Positions 38,150-49,838 of a stretch of DNA of 64,000 nt are shown in pieces (position 1 is the stretch's first letter; each line of letters starts with the position of its first letter). This DNA comes from Utricularia gibba. Taxonomy: Eukaryota > Plantae > Magnoliophyta. A model generated the notes under the pieces. It did not search any database and was not told the origin of the DNA. It saw only the letters and a list, made by a program, of their open reading frames with translations. The stretch covers positions 3,968,001 through 4,032,000 of the forward strand of contig CM007990.1 of NCBI GenBank assembly GCA_002189035.1. The letters are read 5' to 3'. A program made the translations under genes and the position numbers.

Positions 38150-38554
38150 CTACTCCCAATCATACACCTTTTTGGCATTGGAATAAGGATCGTTGTGAGA
38201 CAAATAGATGCCATCATCTTTTGTCACCCAAACGTTAAGCAAATAGTTGATTAGAACTTCGTGAAATGCCCTAAACTTCTTTTGCTTCTTTCCCCACCAG
38301 ACGTTACAGTAGAAACTGGTAACCCCCACGCCGCTCATGCAGAACTCCCATTTGAACCCATCGTGCAGTTTCAGAAGCGTGTGAGTCCCCAAATCGTCAT
38401 CACCGGAAAAGCAGTGCGCTTGCATCGGGATCGCATCTGAAGAAACGTTCCGAACGATGGACACAGTCGCTTTGGAGCTTAAGAAACATGCTTCAAGAGT
38501 GCTGCATGTTGTCAGAAGAAATAAGAAGAAGACGAGCAGGGAGTTGTTGCTCAT
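38150..38554 (-). CDS. SPH: S-protein homologue, subfamily B' (near-identical to 27405-27809), 134 aa
   Basis: Start MSNNSLL at 38554; 8 nucleotide and 4 amino-acid differences from copy B by manual comparison. Confidence 0.92.
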   Translation of the reverse strand: MSNNSLLVFFLFLLTTCSTLEACFLSSKATVSIVRNVSSDAIPMQAHCFSGDDDLGTHTLLKLHDGFKWEFCMSGVGVTSFYCNVWWGKKQKKFRAFHEVLINYLLNVWVTKDDGIYLSHNDPYSNAKKVYDWE

Positions 38555-39299
38555 CGTTTGAGGTTTCCGTAGAGGACCCCGAGCTATCGGGACTCCTCTT
38601 ATACCTCGTTTGCTTTTCCATTTAATTAAATGGTTATGCATTTTTTTGCAATTGCATGGTCTTTCGATTCCATGTGAAATTTCAGATTTTTTATTTATTT
38701 AAAAAAAAACTTAAGAAATCTCTTAAAAACTTAAATCATTTTGAATTCAAGATGTCAAAATATGTATTTACTTTTAAGTGAATTTAATGGCAATTTACAT
38801 GGAAAATTTTCATTACTTACATAATATTCACTTTTATCGATTAAATTACTCAGTAAGGCAGTCAAATAATTCCTTTTCGACATTTTTTAATACAGATATG
38901 AACTGTGTAGTATACAACATATCCTACAGAAATAATGCTTTAGATTCCCATGAATTTGAATGGCAAAAATGCATCAACTCATCACATATAAATGTGAAAT
39001 ACACTACGATAAACAATTTTGAGGATGCCTATAAAAAAGAAATTCACTTTTTAATATTTGATATGAGTATGTGCTTTTTTCAGCATGATCCGAAATTATG
39101 AGAAATTATTATGTAACCAACAAAATATGGAGGCTGCCATCTTTTATGATGGATCTCTTGGCCCTAAAAAACTATTTCAAAGCGTCTTCTATAGTTAGTC
39201 CAAAAGTTTTAGTATTTACCATGAAGTACCTCAAAAACCTTCATATTGAAAAACCTCAATATAAAAAATAGCATTTACTATCTTAATAATCCCATTCAC

Positions 39300-39950
39300 A
39301 TAGACTGGAATATCAAGAGTCAAGACTTGAGTGATAATGTAACCAAAGTCCAACAAACCTCATAAATAGTCATTTCCTAATCCCCGACTCATTGGATTTT
39401 TTTTTCAAAGTAGTTATCATTTATTATCCCAAGAAAACAGTTCAAGGCATGGTTCTTAAAGACATTTGGAACGTGAATTATTGAGAGAGTGGTGAAATTA
39501 CATATTTCTATGGACCAACAACCACATTGTAAAATAGTTTCATAACTCCATTTTCATTTCTCATTGTGGTTGTGTGCACCTCCCTAGCCATGTGCATCCC
39601 TGTTAAATTTCAAGGAGGCTCTAGAGAACTTGCCAAGTTCTCATAGAAGCGCCCAAGCTTCAATTTCCTTTGGATGAACTATTTTAGGAAGGAATCCTTC
39701 ATTAAGAGTCTTCATCTAATAATTCAAGCATCTTTGCAACACGGAACAAATATTTAGGTAAAATGCTCCAGCATTAGTATGTGCTTAAGTTTTACGCATA
39801 TGAACCTTGTGTTGGAAGTTTCTGATACGAGATTAGTTATCCACACATTTCAATGAGCAAATGGCATTAAAACCGATTCCCTTGCGTTTGCGCCAGCTCT
39901 TTTGAATGACGTGCGAGATACATCCCATCCCCGTTTGCACACCAAGAATG
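39300..39950 (-). mobile_element. Highly degenerate retroelement-like remnant (possibly Copia integrase region)
   Basis: The minus strand has weak echoes of the TPQQNGVAER and ARTML regions. No open frame; family assignment is uncertain. Confidence 0.3.
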
Positions 39951-42283
39951 TTTTCTACAGGACACCTAATTGGTATATCCCGGGATCCTAAGGGGGTGAT
40001 TTTGAAAAATAACTCCTATCAAATGATTATGTGATAAAAATATCCATCTTATATGTATTTTTTTGTGAGTAGTATGTGTGATAGAAATGGAAGATGGTTA
40101 ATTTTATAAACAACCCGGATCCCAAGGCTCTTCTCTAGATGAATTTGAAGCGTAAGTATACTATTATTATTGTGTGTGAAAATAATCATCGTATATGTAA
40201 AATACTATTATTAGTATATGATAAAAAATGTTAAGATGTTTATTCTCTTCCCATACTAGATAACAATGCAAGACGGTCCTAGGAATTGTTTCCCATATCT
40301 GGTAAGCTCATGGTTCCATGGCATTGCTTGAATCGAGATGCATCTTGCCAGAAGTAGGTGGAGAAAGGGAAGAAGATTTTTTCTGTCATGGGGGTTCTTA
40401 CAATTATATATCCATATGTAATTATTGTATTAGAGCCTGCATTTTCTTTTTATTCACCGTATATTTTAAAAGAATTATTTTATTAATATAGTGTTAAATA
40501 TTTTATATATTTTATTAAAGTATATATTCAATTTAAAAAATAATTGAATGGGACTACATCAACAACTTGAAAGGAAAACAGGAAAATTATTCAAATATAT
40601 GTGCAATTTGGGTATTATCATATTTTTTTTTATTATTGATTTTGGGAAAATAGGCAAAGATGATATTAAATATAAACTCATTTGCAATATATAAAGATAA
40701 AAAATTCAAATAAATAATAAATTGTGTTATTCTACTAAACGCTTCATTAAAGTTCAGATTTCAAATTCAAATCATCAAATAAATCATCAATTAAATTTCT
40801 CTAAACCCAAAAAATCTACAAAAAACAAAAATAAAAAAACCCAAACCAATCTGATTCATTAGATTTCAAAATTAGATTCAAATTGAAACATTAAAAGTCA
40901 GTTAAACCAATGCAATGCAATTCACTAATTCAGTTATTTTGAAATTTGAAGTTGTATTTCATATTATATAAAATAAAATCATTTGTAAAATTATATGAAT
41001 CAAATTACTTTGAAATTATAAAACTGTTTTGTATAATATAATTTAATAAAATAAAATATATGTTATAAATTTTAATATATTAAATTATTATATAATTAAT
41101 ATTATGATATTGATATATTTTTCAAATAGATAAAAAATGAATAATATAATTTTTCTAATTAATCTTTCATTTAATCACTGAAAAATATATTTAATAATTC
41201 AATTATTTAAGATTAATTATATAATCTGAATTTTTAATTTTAATACAGAATAACAAAAAATTAAAATTTTCATAAAAACTACACATAATTATTTCAAGAA
41301 ATTATGAAAACAGAATAGATCCATAATGTATGTACATTATCAATATCGGATCACTTCTGCTATTTCAATTTTTTAAATAGATTATGAAGAATAATTTGAA
41401 TTTAAATATTATACAAATAACTATGTTTGAAAATTAAGTATTTGGGAATGTATGTAAATGTGATATAAAATTATACGATTTACAAGCTTTGGTTCAAGAT
41501 ATAATTTTTCATCTTATCACATTCAATTTGAAACTTTAAGGGCTTATTTTATTTTAATAATTTCATGAATTGATTTTATTTAATTTTTAAATATTCCAAT
41601 TTTTAATTGTTCTGTAGTAAAATTAAAAATTTATATTTTACAAGTATGCATATTACTAACATTAAACCCCAAATGAGAGTGTGCACTTAGCCAATCCGTG
41701 AGGCAAATGATCAAATTAAAATTTAGCTAAATTAATTCTATAGATCTTTATACATAGATTTTTCATCTTATTTCTAGCAATCACTTCTCTCAAATACTAA
41801 AAGAAAAAGAACAAAATTTGTATTTGCAGATTTTCTATAATGTCATGTATGGTTTGCGTGTTGGAGTTAAATCTAAATCTTAATTTTTTGGATATCTTTG
41901 AATTCGAATTCATGGGTTTTATAAACAAAAATGTGTTTAGTAAATGGATTATTATATAATAGTTTAATATATTAAAATTTATAATATATATTTTATTTTA
42001 TTAAATTTATAATATAATTTTACATACTGTCATAAAACAATTTTACAATTTCGAATTAATTTTATTCACATAATCTCAAAACTGATTATATTATATCTAA
42101 TTTGAAGTATAATTTCACATACATAACATGCTCTAATTATTATAAGTTGATCATACAATATTTTTGAAATCATTCAAAAAATGTTGATTAAAATAACATA
42201 CGCATAGTATCAAAGTTTCGATATTATTCAACGAATTGAGCACTCACCAACCATATTATAAGTGAATGTTACAATTTCTTCTA

Positions 42284-42715
42284 TCAAAGACCAACATCAT
42301 AAGGCGGTATATTTGCATTCCAATCATATACCCATGTTGGAGAATCATTACCATGCCCTAGATAGATTCCATCATCTCTTGCTTCCCAGAAGAATCTTAG
42401 AGGAGCACGAGTCAAAGTTTCCTTATATGCGTTGAACCTAATGCTCTTATTTCCCCACCATATATGACAAATGAAATTTGTAGTAGGAAGAAAATTTACG
42501 CAAAATCTCCAACTAAAATTACTATGCATCACAGGGAGTTGGTGGTATCCAAGATCGTCATCTTTTGAAAAGCAATGCACCCTCATCATCGTTGAATCCG
42601 AAGACACCATACGAGTAACGGTGATGACTTCTTCCTCAGTAATGAAACATGCCTGAAGGGGATTGCATATAGCAAGAACAACAATTAAGAGGACGGTTGG
42701 AAGATTGTTGTGCAT
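42284..42715 (-). CDS. SPH: S-protein homologue, subfamily C2, secreted, 143 aa
   Basis: Intronless ORF with VHCFSKDDDLG, FICHIWWG, WEARDDGIYL and tail NANIPPYDVGL. Confidence 0.92.
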   Translation of the reverse strand: MHNNLPTVLLIVVLAICNPLQACFITEEEVITVTRMVSSDSTMMRVHCFSKDDDLGYHQLPVMHSNFSWRFCVNFLPTTNFICHIWWGNKSIRFNAYKETLTRAPLRFFWEARDDGIYLGHGNDSPTWVYDWNANIPPYDVGL

Positions 42716-42889
42716 TATGCTGAAATTGTATTGAAGGTTTAGGGGATGCTCTTTTTATAGGAGTCTTAGAAATCAAGTTGGGAATTGTTGACTTGGATAA
42801 TTTTCATAAATTAGCATATTTTGTTGTTAATTTAAGAGAATTAGGTTAACAATGATGATGCCACATTACATAAGATTTTCATATGAATT

Positions 42890-43370
42890 ATACACAGACA
42901 AATTTATTAAATAGATGTGAATTTTTGTTATTATGAAGTGGCAAATTTATTAAATATATGTAAATTTTGGTTATTATGAATTAATGCATGGGTATATTTA
43001 TTACATTGATGTGAATTTTGGTTATTATAAATTGATACAAGGGTAAATTTATTAAATAGATGTGAATTTTTGATATTATGAAGGGGAAAATTTATTAAAT
43101 ATATGTAAATTTTGGTTATTATGAATTAATGCATGGGTATATTTATTAAATTGATGTGAATTTTGGTTATTATAAATTGATACAAGGGTAAATTTATTAA
43201 ATAGATGTGAATTTTTGTTATTATGAATTGATAAAAGGATAAATTTATTAAATAGATTTGAATTTTTGTTATTATGAATTAATATAAGGACAAATTTATT
43301 AAAGTAAATGTGAATTTGGTTATTATGAATTGATATAAGGGTAAATTTATTAAATACATGTGAAATTTGG
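42890..43370. repeat. 51-bp minisatellite, 10 units, containing a duplicated 145-bp higher-order unit
   Basis: Core starts at 42901, 42944, 42995, 43046, 43089, 43140, 43191, 43242, 43293 and ~43344 (spacings 43, 51, 51, 43, 51, 51, 51, 51, 51). Confidence 0.9.
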
Positions 43371-43860
43371 TAGGATTCAAAAATTGGATTGGTTTGGATT
43401 GCACTAAGCCTGAAATAACTAAAAAAGTTTATAATACCCACAATTTTTCAATTTAAACTGAAATATTAGCTATATTTTACACATATTTTTCATTTTTAAA
43501 TAATTCATGATGTTAATTCTTGCTTCTTTTTTTTCTTTTCTATTTTAGTTCATTTTTTTCCATTTTCTTATTTTTGGCTTCTTATATTCTAGATAATAAT
43601 GATGGCATTTTTATAAAAACACTCCCAAATGAGATTTGTGCAAACATGGGGCAAGGTCATGGTAGTAAATGATATTGAAAATTTATATTAATAAATAATT
43701 AAATTTTCCTTCATTAGATATGTATTTTATTACTTTATTAAAATAAAAATTGATACTTTATGTTATTTTAAATTTTTAAATGACTTATACTCTATGCTTT
43801 ATATAAATATACAATAGGTAAACATAAATTAGTAGCAATTATTAAGAACATGCATTATTG

Positions 43861-44288
43861 GATTAAAATACAATATCATAAGGTGATACATTTTTATTTC
43901 AACCATATGTTGTCAATGGGGTATCATTACCTTTTACTAAATAAAATCTATCATCTCTAACTTCTCAATAGTTTTTCAAATGAGTTATTTTCATACACCC
44001 TTATATGTATTAAACTTATGACTCTTCGTTCCGCACCACAAATGATAAAAGGAACTTATAGTAGAAAAAAAGTTAAGACAAAAAGTCCAACTATAAGTAA
44101 TATGGAATACCGGGAGCAGATGATATCCAAGATCATCATCTTTGGCAAAATGCACACCTGCATCATTGTTGAATTCGATGAAACCATATGAGTAATCGCA
44201 ACATATTGTTCCGTGGTCACAGAAGTTTGAACAAGGTTTCACATTGCAAGAAAAACAATGAGCAATAAGGTATGAGATTGTCATTCAT
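43861..44288 (-). pseudogene. SPH subfamily D' pseudogene
   Basis: Frameshifted signal peptide and loss of the Cys in VHC (VHFAKDDDLGYHLLPVFHITYSWTFCLNFF...HLWCG), then a stop. Homologous to 33249-33668. Confidence 0.85.
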
Positions 44289-44750
44289 GGCATTAAGGTA
44301 TGTATTGAGGATTGTAAAAGATACTCTTTTTATAAGAGCTTGGTAAATTAAAAAATGAGTATCTCTTTCTTTTTAAGAAAGCAATAAACTATAAAGTGGG
44401 TATCACCATTCAATGGTTTCGAGTCATTTTCATTAATTTGAACAATGAGTTTGTAATACATAGATTTTTGAAAAGTGACAATTTATACTTTTTTTGTTCA
44501 CACATTAAAGTTACAATTAATATTGATAGTACTTACTTTTTACATGTATATGTTAGAATATTACTATATAAATAATCATATATTTTACAAGTATGCATAT
44601 TACTTATATTAAACCCCAAATGAGGGTGTCACTTAGCCTGTGAATGGGACAATGATCAAATTAAAACGATTTGATTCAGCCTAGTTTAACTAAATTAATT
44701 TTGTAAACGTTTATACATAAAATTTGTATCTCATTTCTAGCAATCATTAT

Positions 44751-45395
44751 TGATGACACACATTTTCTTTGAATTTTATAATGCAAAATGGTTATGTTTT
44801 ATTATGGTTTAGGTTAGGTATATATGGTTTTTCATGTTTTATGTGTGCTAATGTTAATTTTGTGTGTTTATGTTAAAAAGTGAACTAAATCTTTTGATTT
44901 AGTTCACTACTTTTGTTATTAATGTTTGACTAAATTCAGCAAGGAGATTAGCAGCAAAATCAGACTTACAATTGAGTGGAATAAGTAGAAAAAGACACAA
45001 CATCCAAAGAGAGACAAAGAGCACTATTCTACCACTTGCAGTCTACAAGTTCAGGTCGAGAACAGTGCTGGTATCAAGAACAATGCATTGAAATCAAGGA
45101 GGGGAGATATTTTCGAAAAAGAAGGGCGGGAGAAGACAACACAGACACGAGGGGGCTTCTCCTCCAACAATACGAAGAACACCGACGAGAAGAGAAGAAT
45201 AGGGACTTAATCCTCAAGAACAGCATCAGAGCCTAGTCCAGCGCTACTGTTCATGGCTCAGAACAATAGCAAACGGGCTTCAAAACATTCTCTATTATTT
45301 TTTCGTTTACTAAACGTTTTGAGTTTCTGCATCTAGCTTACTTATAATGTTTCTGTTATTTTCACTGCATTATCTAAATAAAATCATGTTTTATC
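44751..45395. mobile_element. Truncated LTR related to the TGATAA...TTATCA family
   Basis: Begins TGATGACACACATTTTC, similar to the termini of the solo LTRs at 46.3 and 55.3 kb. The other end is not recognisable. Confidence 0.5.
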
Positions 45396-46338
45396 TTCAA
45401 AGTGTAGTGGATATATACTATAGATGAATTTGCAAAAGAACTATAACTTTGTCATATGATAGTATTTCTTACTCTCTCTAGTTTTGAATACATGTGCTTA
45501 ATATGTTAATTTTTCCTATTAATTGTTGTAGATGAATGTTTTGATGGTAGATGTATGATATTTTTCTATATTATTTATCTATGAATAATAAGAAAAATAG
45601 CATATACGAAAAGATTGAAGTTCACTTAAATCGAAAGAGAATGTGTTGTACCTACAAATCCTGAAACCACATCAATCAAGAATGACTACAAATGGTTTGA
45701 ACGTGTATTCGATGAGTTTCGAGAAAGACAAGTACTCTCTTGAATTATGTAGTTCATTTGATGAAGAGGAAAATAGTAGTGCATATGCAAATCACACTGA
45801 TATAAATAAAGGTGGTGAAAATTATATTAACTATATTGAGTATATTAACAAACACAAACTAAATGCTTGAGCTGTATAATAATGCTGAAGATGTTAGTAT
45901 CACTATTAATGGTGAGAAACTATCATCTTTTAATAAAGATGATAGAGAAGAACATCAGCAAATATAAAAAAGAAAGTAACAAAGTAAAAATAATAATTAT
46001 GTGATGTATTTTATCATATCTATTCATTTGTTAAAAATGTGTTAGATATTGAATCAGAAAATATTACATCTTATTATTGTTAATGTTTTAAGTTTATAAC
46101 AAATGCATACCCAATCATATTTTCAGACATACTCTTGTTATACTTTCAAACATTTTCGTATAAATCACATTTAGTGTAATAAAAATAAATCTATAAATAT
46201 ATTAAAAATAAATATGCTAATTTAATTACATCCAATCAATACCCAAATAATTATCTTAAAACATACAAGAGTTTGTTCTCATGGTTGAAATATAGATTTT
46301 GGTCTTTAGAAGGATCTTTCCACATTAAAATTTGGTAT

Positions 46339-47505
46339 TAATAAATGAAAAATTTATGCAACGTCATTTGAATTGCAAATTTCTCTTATCAAATAAAATT
46401 TATAAACCTAATTCACATCAAATCATATGAAAAATATGAGTATAGTGGACTAAGGTTAAACACAAGTACTTAGGTGCTTACTATGTGAAAGTCAATGTAT
46501 TCAATCAATGTCACATCGATAGATTTGATCTTAATTAGGACTAAGTCAAAGTTGCGGTAAAATACAATAAGAAAAAGTAACAAACTTCTGAACTCGGTTA
46601 TTTCTAAGGTGAAATGGGTGATGTTTTGGGACTTCTAGAGTATGTATGCTTATCACTAAACACGCTCATACAAACCATAAATCAAACAACTAACAAACAA
46701 AGTATAGGTCTACTCGAACTCTTGTTTTTTGCCTAATCTTTGGTCTACCTCTAATTTGGATAGTTAAGATGGGTTTCACTATTTTCCTCTCCTGGATCTA
46801 TCCTGGTTTTTAAGGAAGTGGCGTGATTTATGATTGATTAAGTCTAAAGATTGATTAGTACATTTCTCCTCTTTTCACCCCCAAGGAACCCTTAAATAAT
46901 TAGCCACTCATAACAAGAGAAAGGAAGACACTTTCATAACCTAGAAACCAGAACATGTTCATGTCATTGTGCAACAATGAGAAAGAAACATAAACAAAGA
47001 CAGAAGATGGTAAACGGTTAATGCAGAAAGCTAAAGCTATTCCTAATTAGGAATAGTATTCCTGATAAACGAAAAGTTTAAGTGTAGTTGAAATCTTCTT
47101 CTTTGTCCTCCATGGTTCTTTTGCGACTTTCCCCCAGAAAACCTTCTACAGAAAGCTGTCTCGTGTGTTCCCAATGGGGAGATCTTTTTCTCTCTTCATC
47201 TTGTCCCCTTTTTGTCCAAAATATCAATTTTTTCTCTTCCTTGGATTTTGTGTGTATTCCTTTTCAGACTTCTGCCTCATCCTCTGCCACTACACTGTTC
47301 ATATCCGACTCTTTGGAATTTGTATTGCAACATATGCTGCATTGTTCAAAGAAAACTATTAGAGGTTGGGATTAAATTTAAGACTAAAAAAACACAACTA
47401 CGATAATATTCGCAAAAATATAAAAGCAGGCAATAAAACTTAATTTTTGCAGCATAATATGAGTAATTTTCATATATTAAATCACTCAAAAAATATCTGT
47501 TATCA
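46339..47505. mobile_element. Solo LTR (1167 bp)
   Basis: Termini TAATAA(=TGATAA)...TTATCA with a perfect 5-bp TSD GGTAT (46334-46338, 47506-47510). The empty site is visible in the paralogous region at ~54270. Confidence 0.85.
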
Positions 47506-48016
47506 GGTATATTATAGGTTTTAACAAAACTGCTTATTTGAAATTCAATTAAGAAAACTTGCCTAACCTAGGATAAAAAATTGGTACAACTGTTTTAGTT
47601 AAATAGTTAGACAATTCAGAGTTTAGACAATGAAGTTTGTAGAGCTTTTGCCGTTAAAATTTTTCTATTAAACCAATTAGTAGATTAACTTGAATCTATC
47701 AACATAGTTCAATTAACTCGCACCATTATTATGCATTCATAGTAAGGTTTTGTTTGTAGAGTTTCATTCGACTTCTAACTCCATCTTCTGTAGAATCTCT
47801 CGGTCAAGATACTATACCAGCTCCCACGTTTTCTCTTCTCTGGTACCATTCTCATTAGCCTAACCATGTAAATATTACAATATAATGCATTTAGAACAAT
47901 TTGACAAAAAATATGGAAATATGTTTCTTGTGACAAGAAGAAATCGATATACGCTCATTGTGTGAGTTAATAAAAATTGCTTAAAACTCTTAAATTGTAA
48001 AGAAAGGCTTTAAATT

Positions 48017-48292
48017 GTTTTTTCGAAAGACGATGATCTTTGATATCACTCTCTCCGAGTTGTACACTATGTTGCTTGGAGATTTTGTGTGATTTTTTTC
48101 CCTACAACAAGTTTCTTTTGTCATATATGGTGGGGAAAGAAGAGTATCAAGTTCAATGCATATCAAGATCATTTTTAGTGTGGTCCTTTCTTGTTCAGAT
48201 TCACATGTGAAAACAGTAAGAAAATATAAAGAAAGCCAGTTTAGGAAAGGCAGACATTGGATCAAGATTAACGTTCAAGCTGGAATATATAT
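48017..48292 (+). pseudogene. SPH subfamily E pseudogene, 5'-deleted
   Basis: FSKDDDL*YH...FPTTSFFCHIWWGKKSIKFNAYQDHF*. The start codon and signal peptide are missing and there is a ~60-bp insertion near the 3' end. Confidence 0.85.
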
Positions 48293-49838
48293 GAATCAGG
48301 GTTGTGATTTGTAGGGTTTTAATGTTTAGGGTTTTTTAGAAGGTGCCGATCAATGTAATTGTTCAATTACATTGATTATACATCTTTATACAATTCATGC
48401 TAATACATGTACATTGCAATTTCATGTACTAGTTTTTCTACTTCTTTTTCAAAGTTATCTATTTAGCATTATTGGGAATTAAAATTTATTTCAATATATC
48501 ACATATTCATTGTTAATTTTTTAATTAAAGGTAATAAAATATATCACATATTCATTATTTTCAAATGTATAAGCGAAATGAAAAGATATGTTTTGAAACT
48601 TGAGGAAATAATTTAGTTAATACTTTAATTTTTCAAAATTGAATTAATACTTTAAAATTAAGAATTAATTTCAGGGGGTGGAGATTTCTAATAACAAAAT
48701 TATAAAAAATTTAGAATAATTGTTATTTGTATGTAAAACAAATTACTATAATAACTGTATTTTAATGCATGATATGAAAATGAACCTCTTTATAAAATGT
48801 ATTACTACTCTCTTTTATTTCTGCGACTTGGGCCTATTGTTAAACCTTCTCAACTGAGCTTATCTTTACAACCTAATTACGCATGTGGGTTCAAGTGTTG
48901 CTAATGATCTAATGGTGCAAATACGAGGTCATTATATGTCCATTGTGATAAGATACAATCACGAATAAAATATTATCTCCCTCAAATCAAAAGAGTAGGA
49001 GTTGGTGTTTTTTATCTTACTCCTTACAAACTCGTAAGCAGTGACTAGCTAGCTACTCATGAATCTAGATTAAAAGTCATTAGAAAAGACTGTAACCTAT
49101 GCATGAGGAAATGTGTTAAACCAAATCGATTTCAAAGAGAAAATATAGAATAAGTCTCCTAATCGAAAAATGAGAAGTTTAGCAGCAAACAGCCAAACAT
49201 AAAAGCAAACTGGAGAAAAGTTGAACAAAAATATTTTAGATAAATGTGAATTACAAAAAGTAAAACTCTAAACAGTAATTTCTCCTTGTTTTTTCCTTAA
49301 ATTTTATTAGTAATTTTGTGTGACTTGTAAGAAAATCTTATGCTACTATAACACTACAATGCAATTATCATTCCTTTTCTCACATACAATTGTGTTTCTC
49401 ACGTTAAGTCTGATTATCAATATTTTGTTTTCTTATGGAAAGACGTCTTTTGAAGGTGTTCCTATCTTTCATGTAGTTGCCACATTTTTCAGCCATCTAT
49501 CACGTATATTCACCAATCATACACTTAAAGTCAATTAAATTTTTCATAAAAAGAGATAAGATAAAATATAAAAATAAAGATAATTATACTAGAAAAACTT
49601 ATAACTCTTAGTCTAGACTTCAAATTATATTATTCTAATTTTATTTAGATATACACTATGACACAAAATATGATATTAAAATAAAAATTAGATGTTATTT
49701 GGAAAAATATTGGAAATTATGTATGTAAATTTTTTAGGTGATATCTATCGCCATCCAAATAAGATATGCAGTACCCATATATTTTCAATTTTTTAAAGAC
49801 ATTTCGAATGATTCAAATTTAAAAATTATAAGCATAAT

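Larger units (their letters stand above)
26800..44700. repeat. Tandem segmental duplication of a B-C-D SPH module (unit 1 ~26.8-34.1 kb, unit 2 ~34.1-44.7 kb)
   Basis: Same gene order B, C, Dpsi in both units. Flanks are homologous (26860-27400 vs 34140-34190 plus 37250-37640; 27810-28370 vs 38555-39070; 32460-33250 vs 43370-43860). Limits are approximate. Confidence 0.8.

Noticed and set aside
43076-43441. 121-aa repetitive ORF (NKFTLISIHNNQ…)
   Set aside because: By-product of a 51-bp (17-codon) AT-rich minisatellite; the homologous arrays do not keep the frame.
47990-48265. Minus-strand ORFs sharing LLSPPYMTKET (also 59762-59977)
   Set aside because: Antisense shadows of the WWGKK region of plus-strand SPH E copies.
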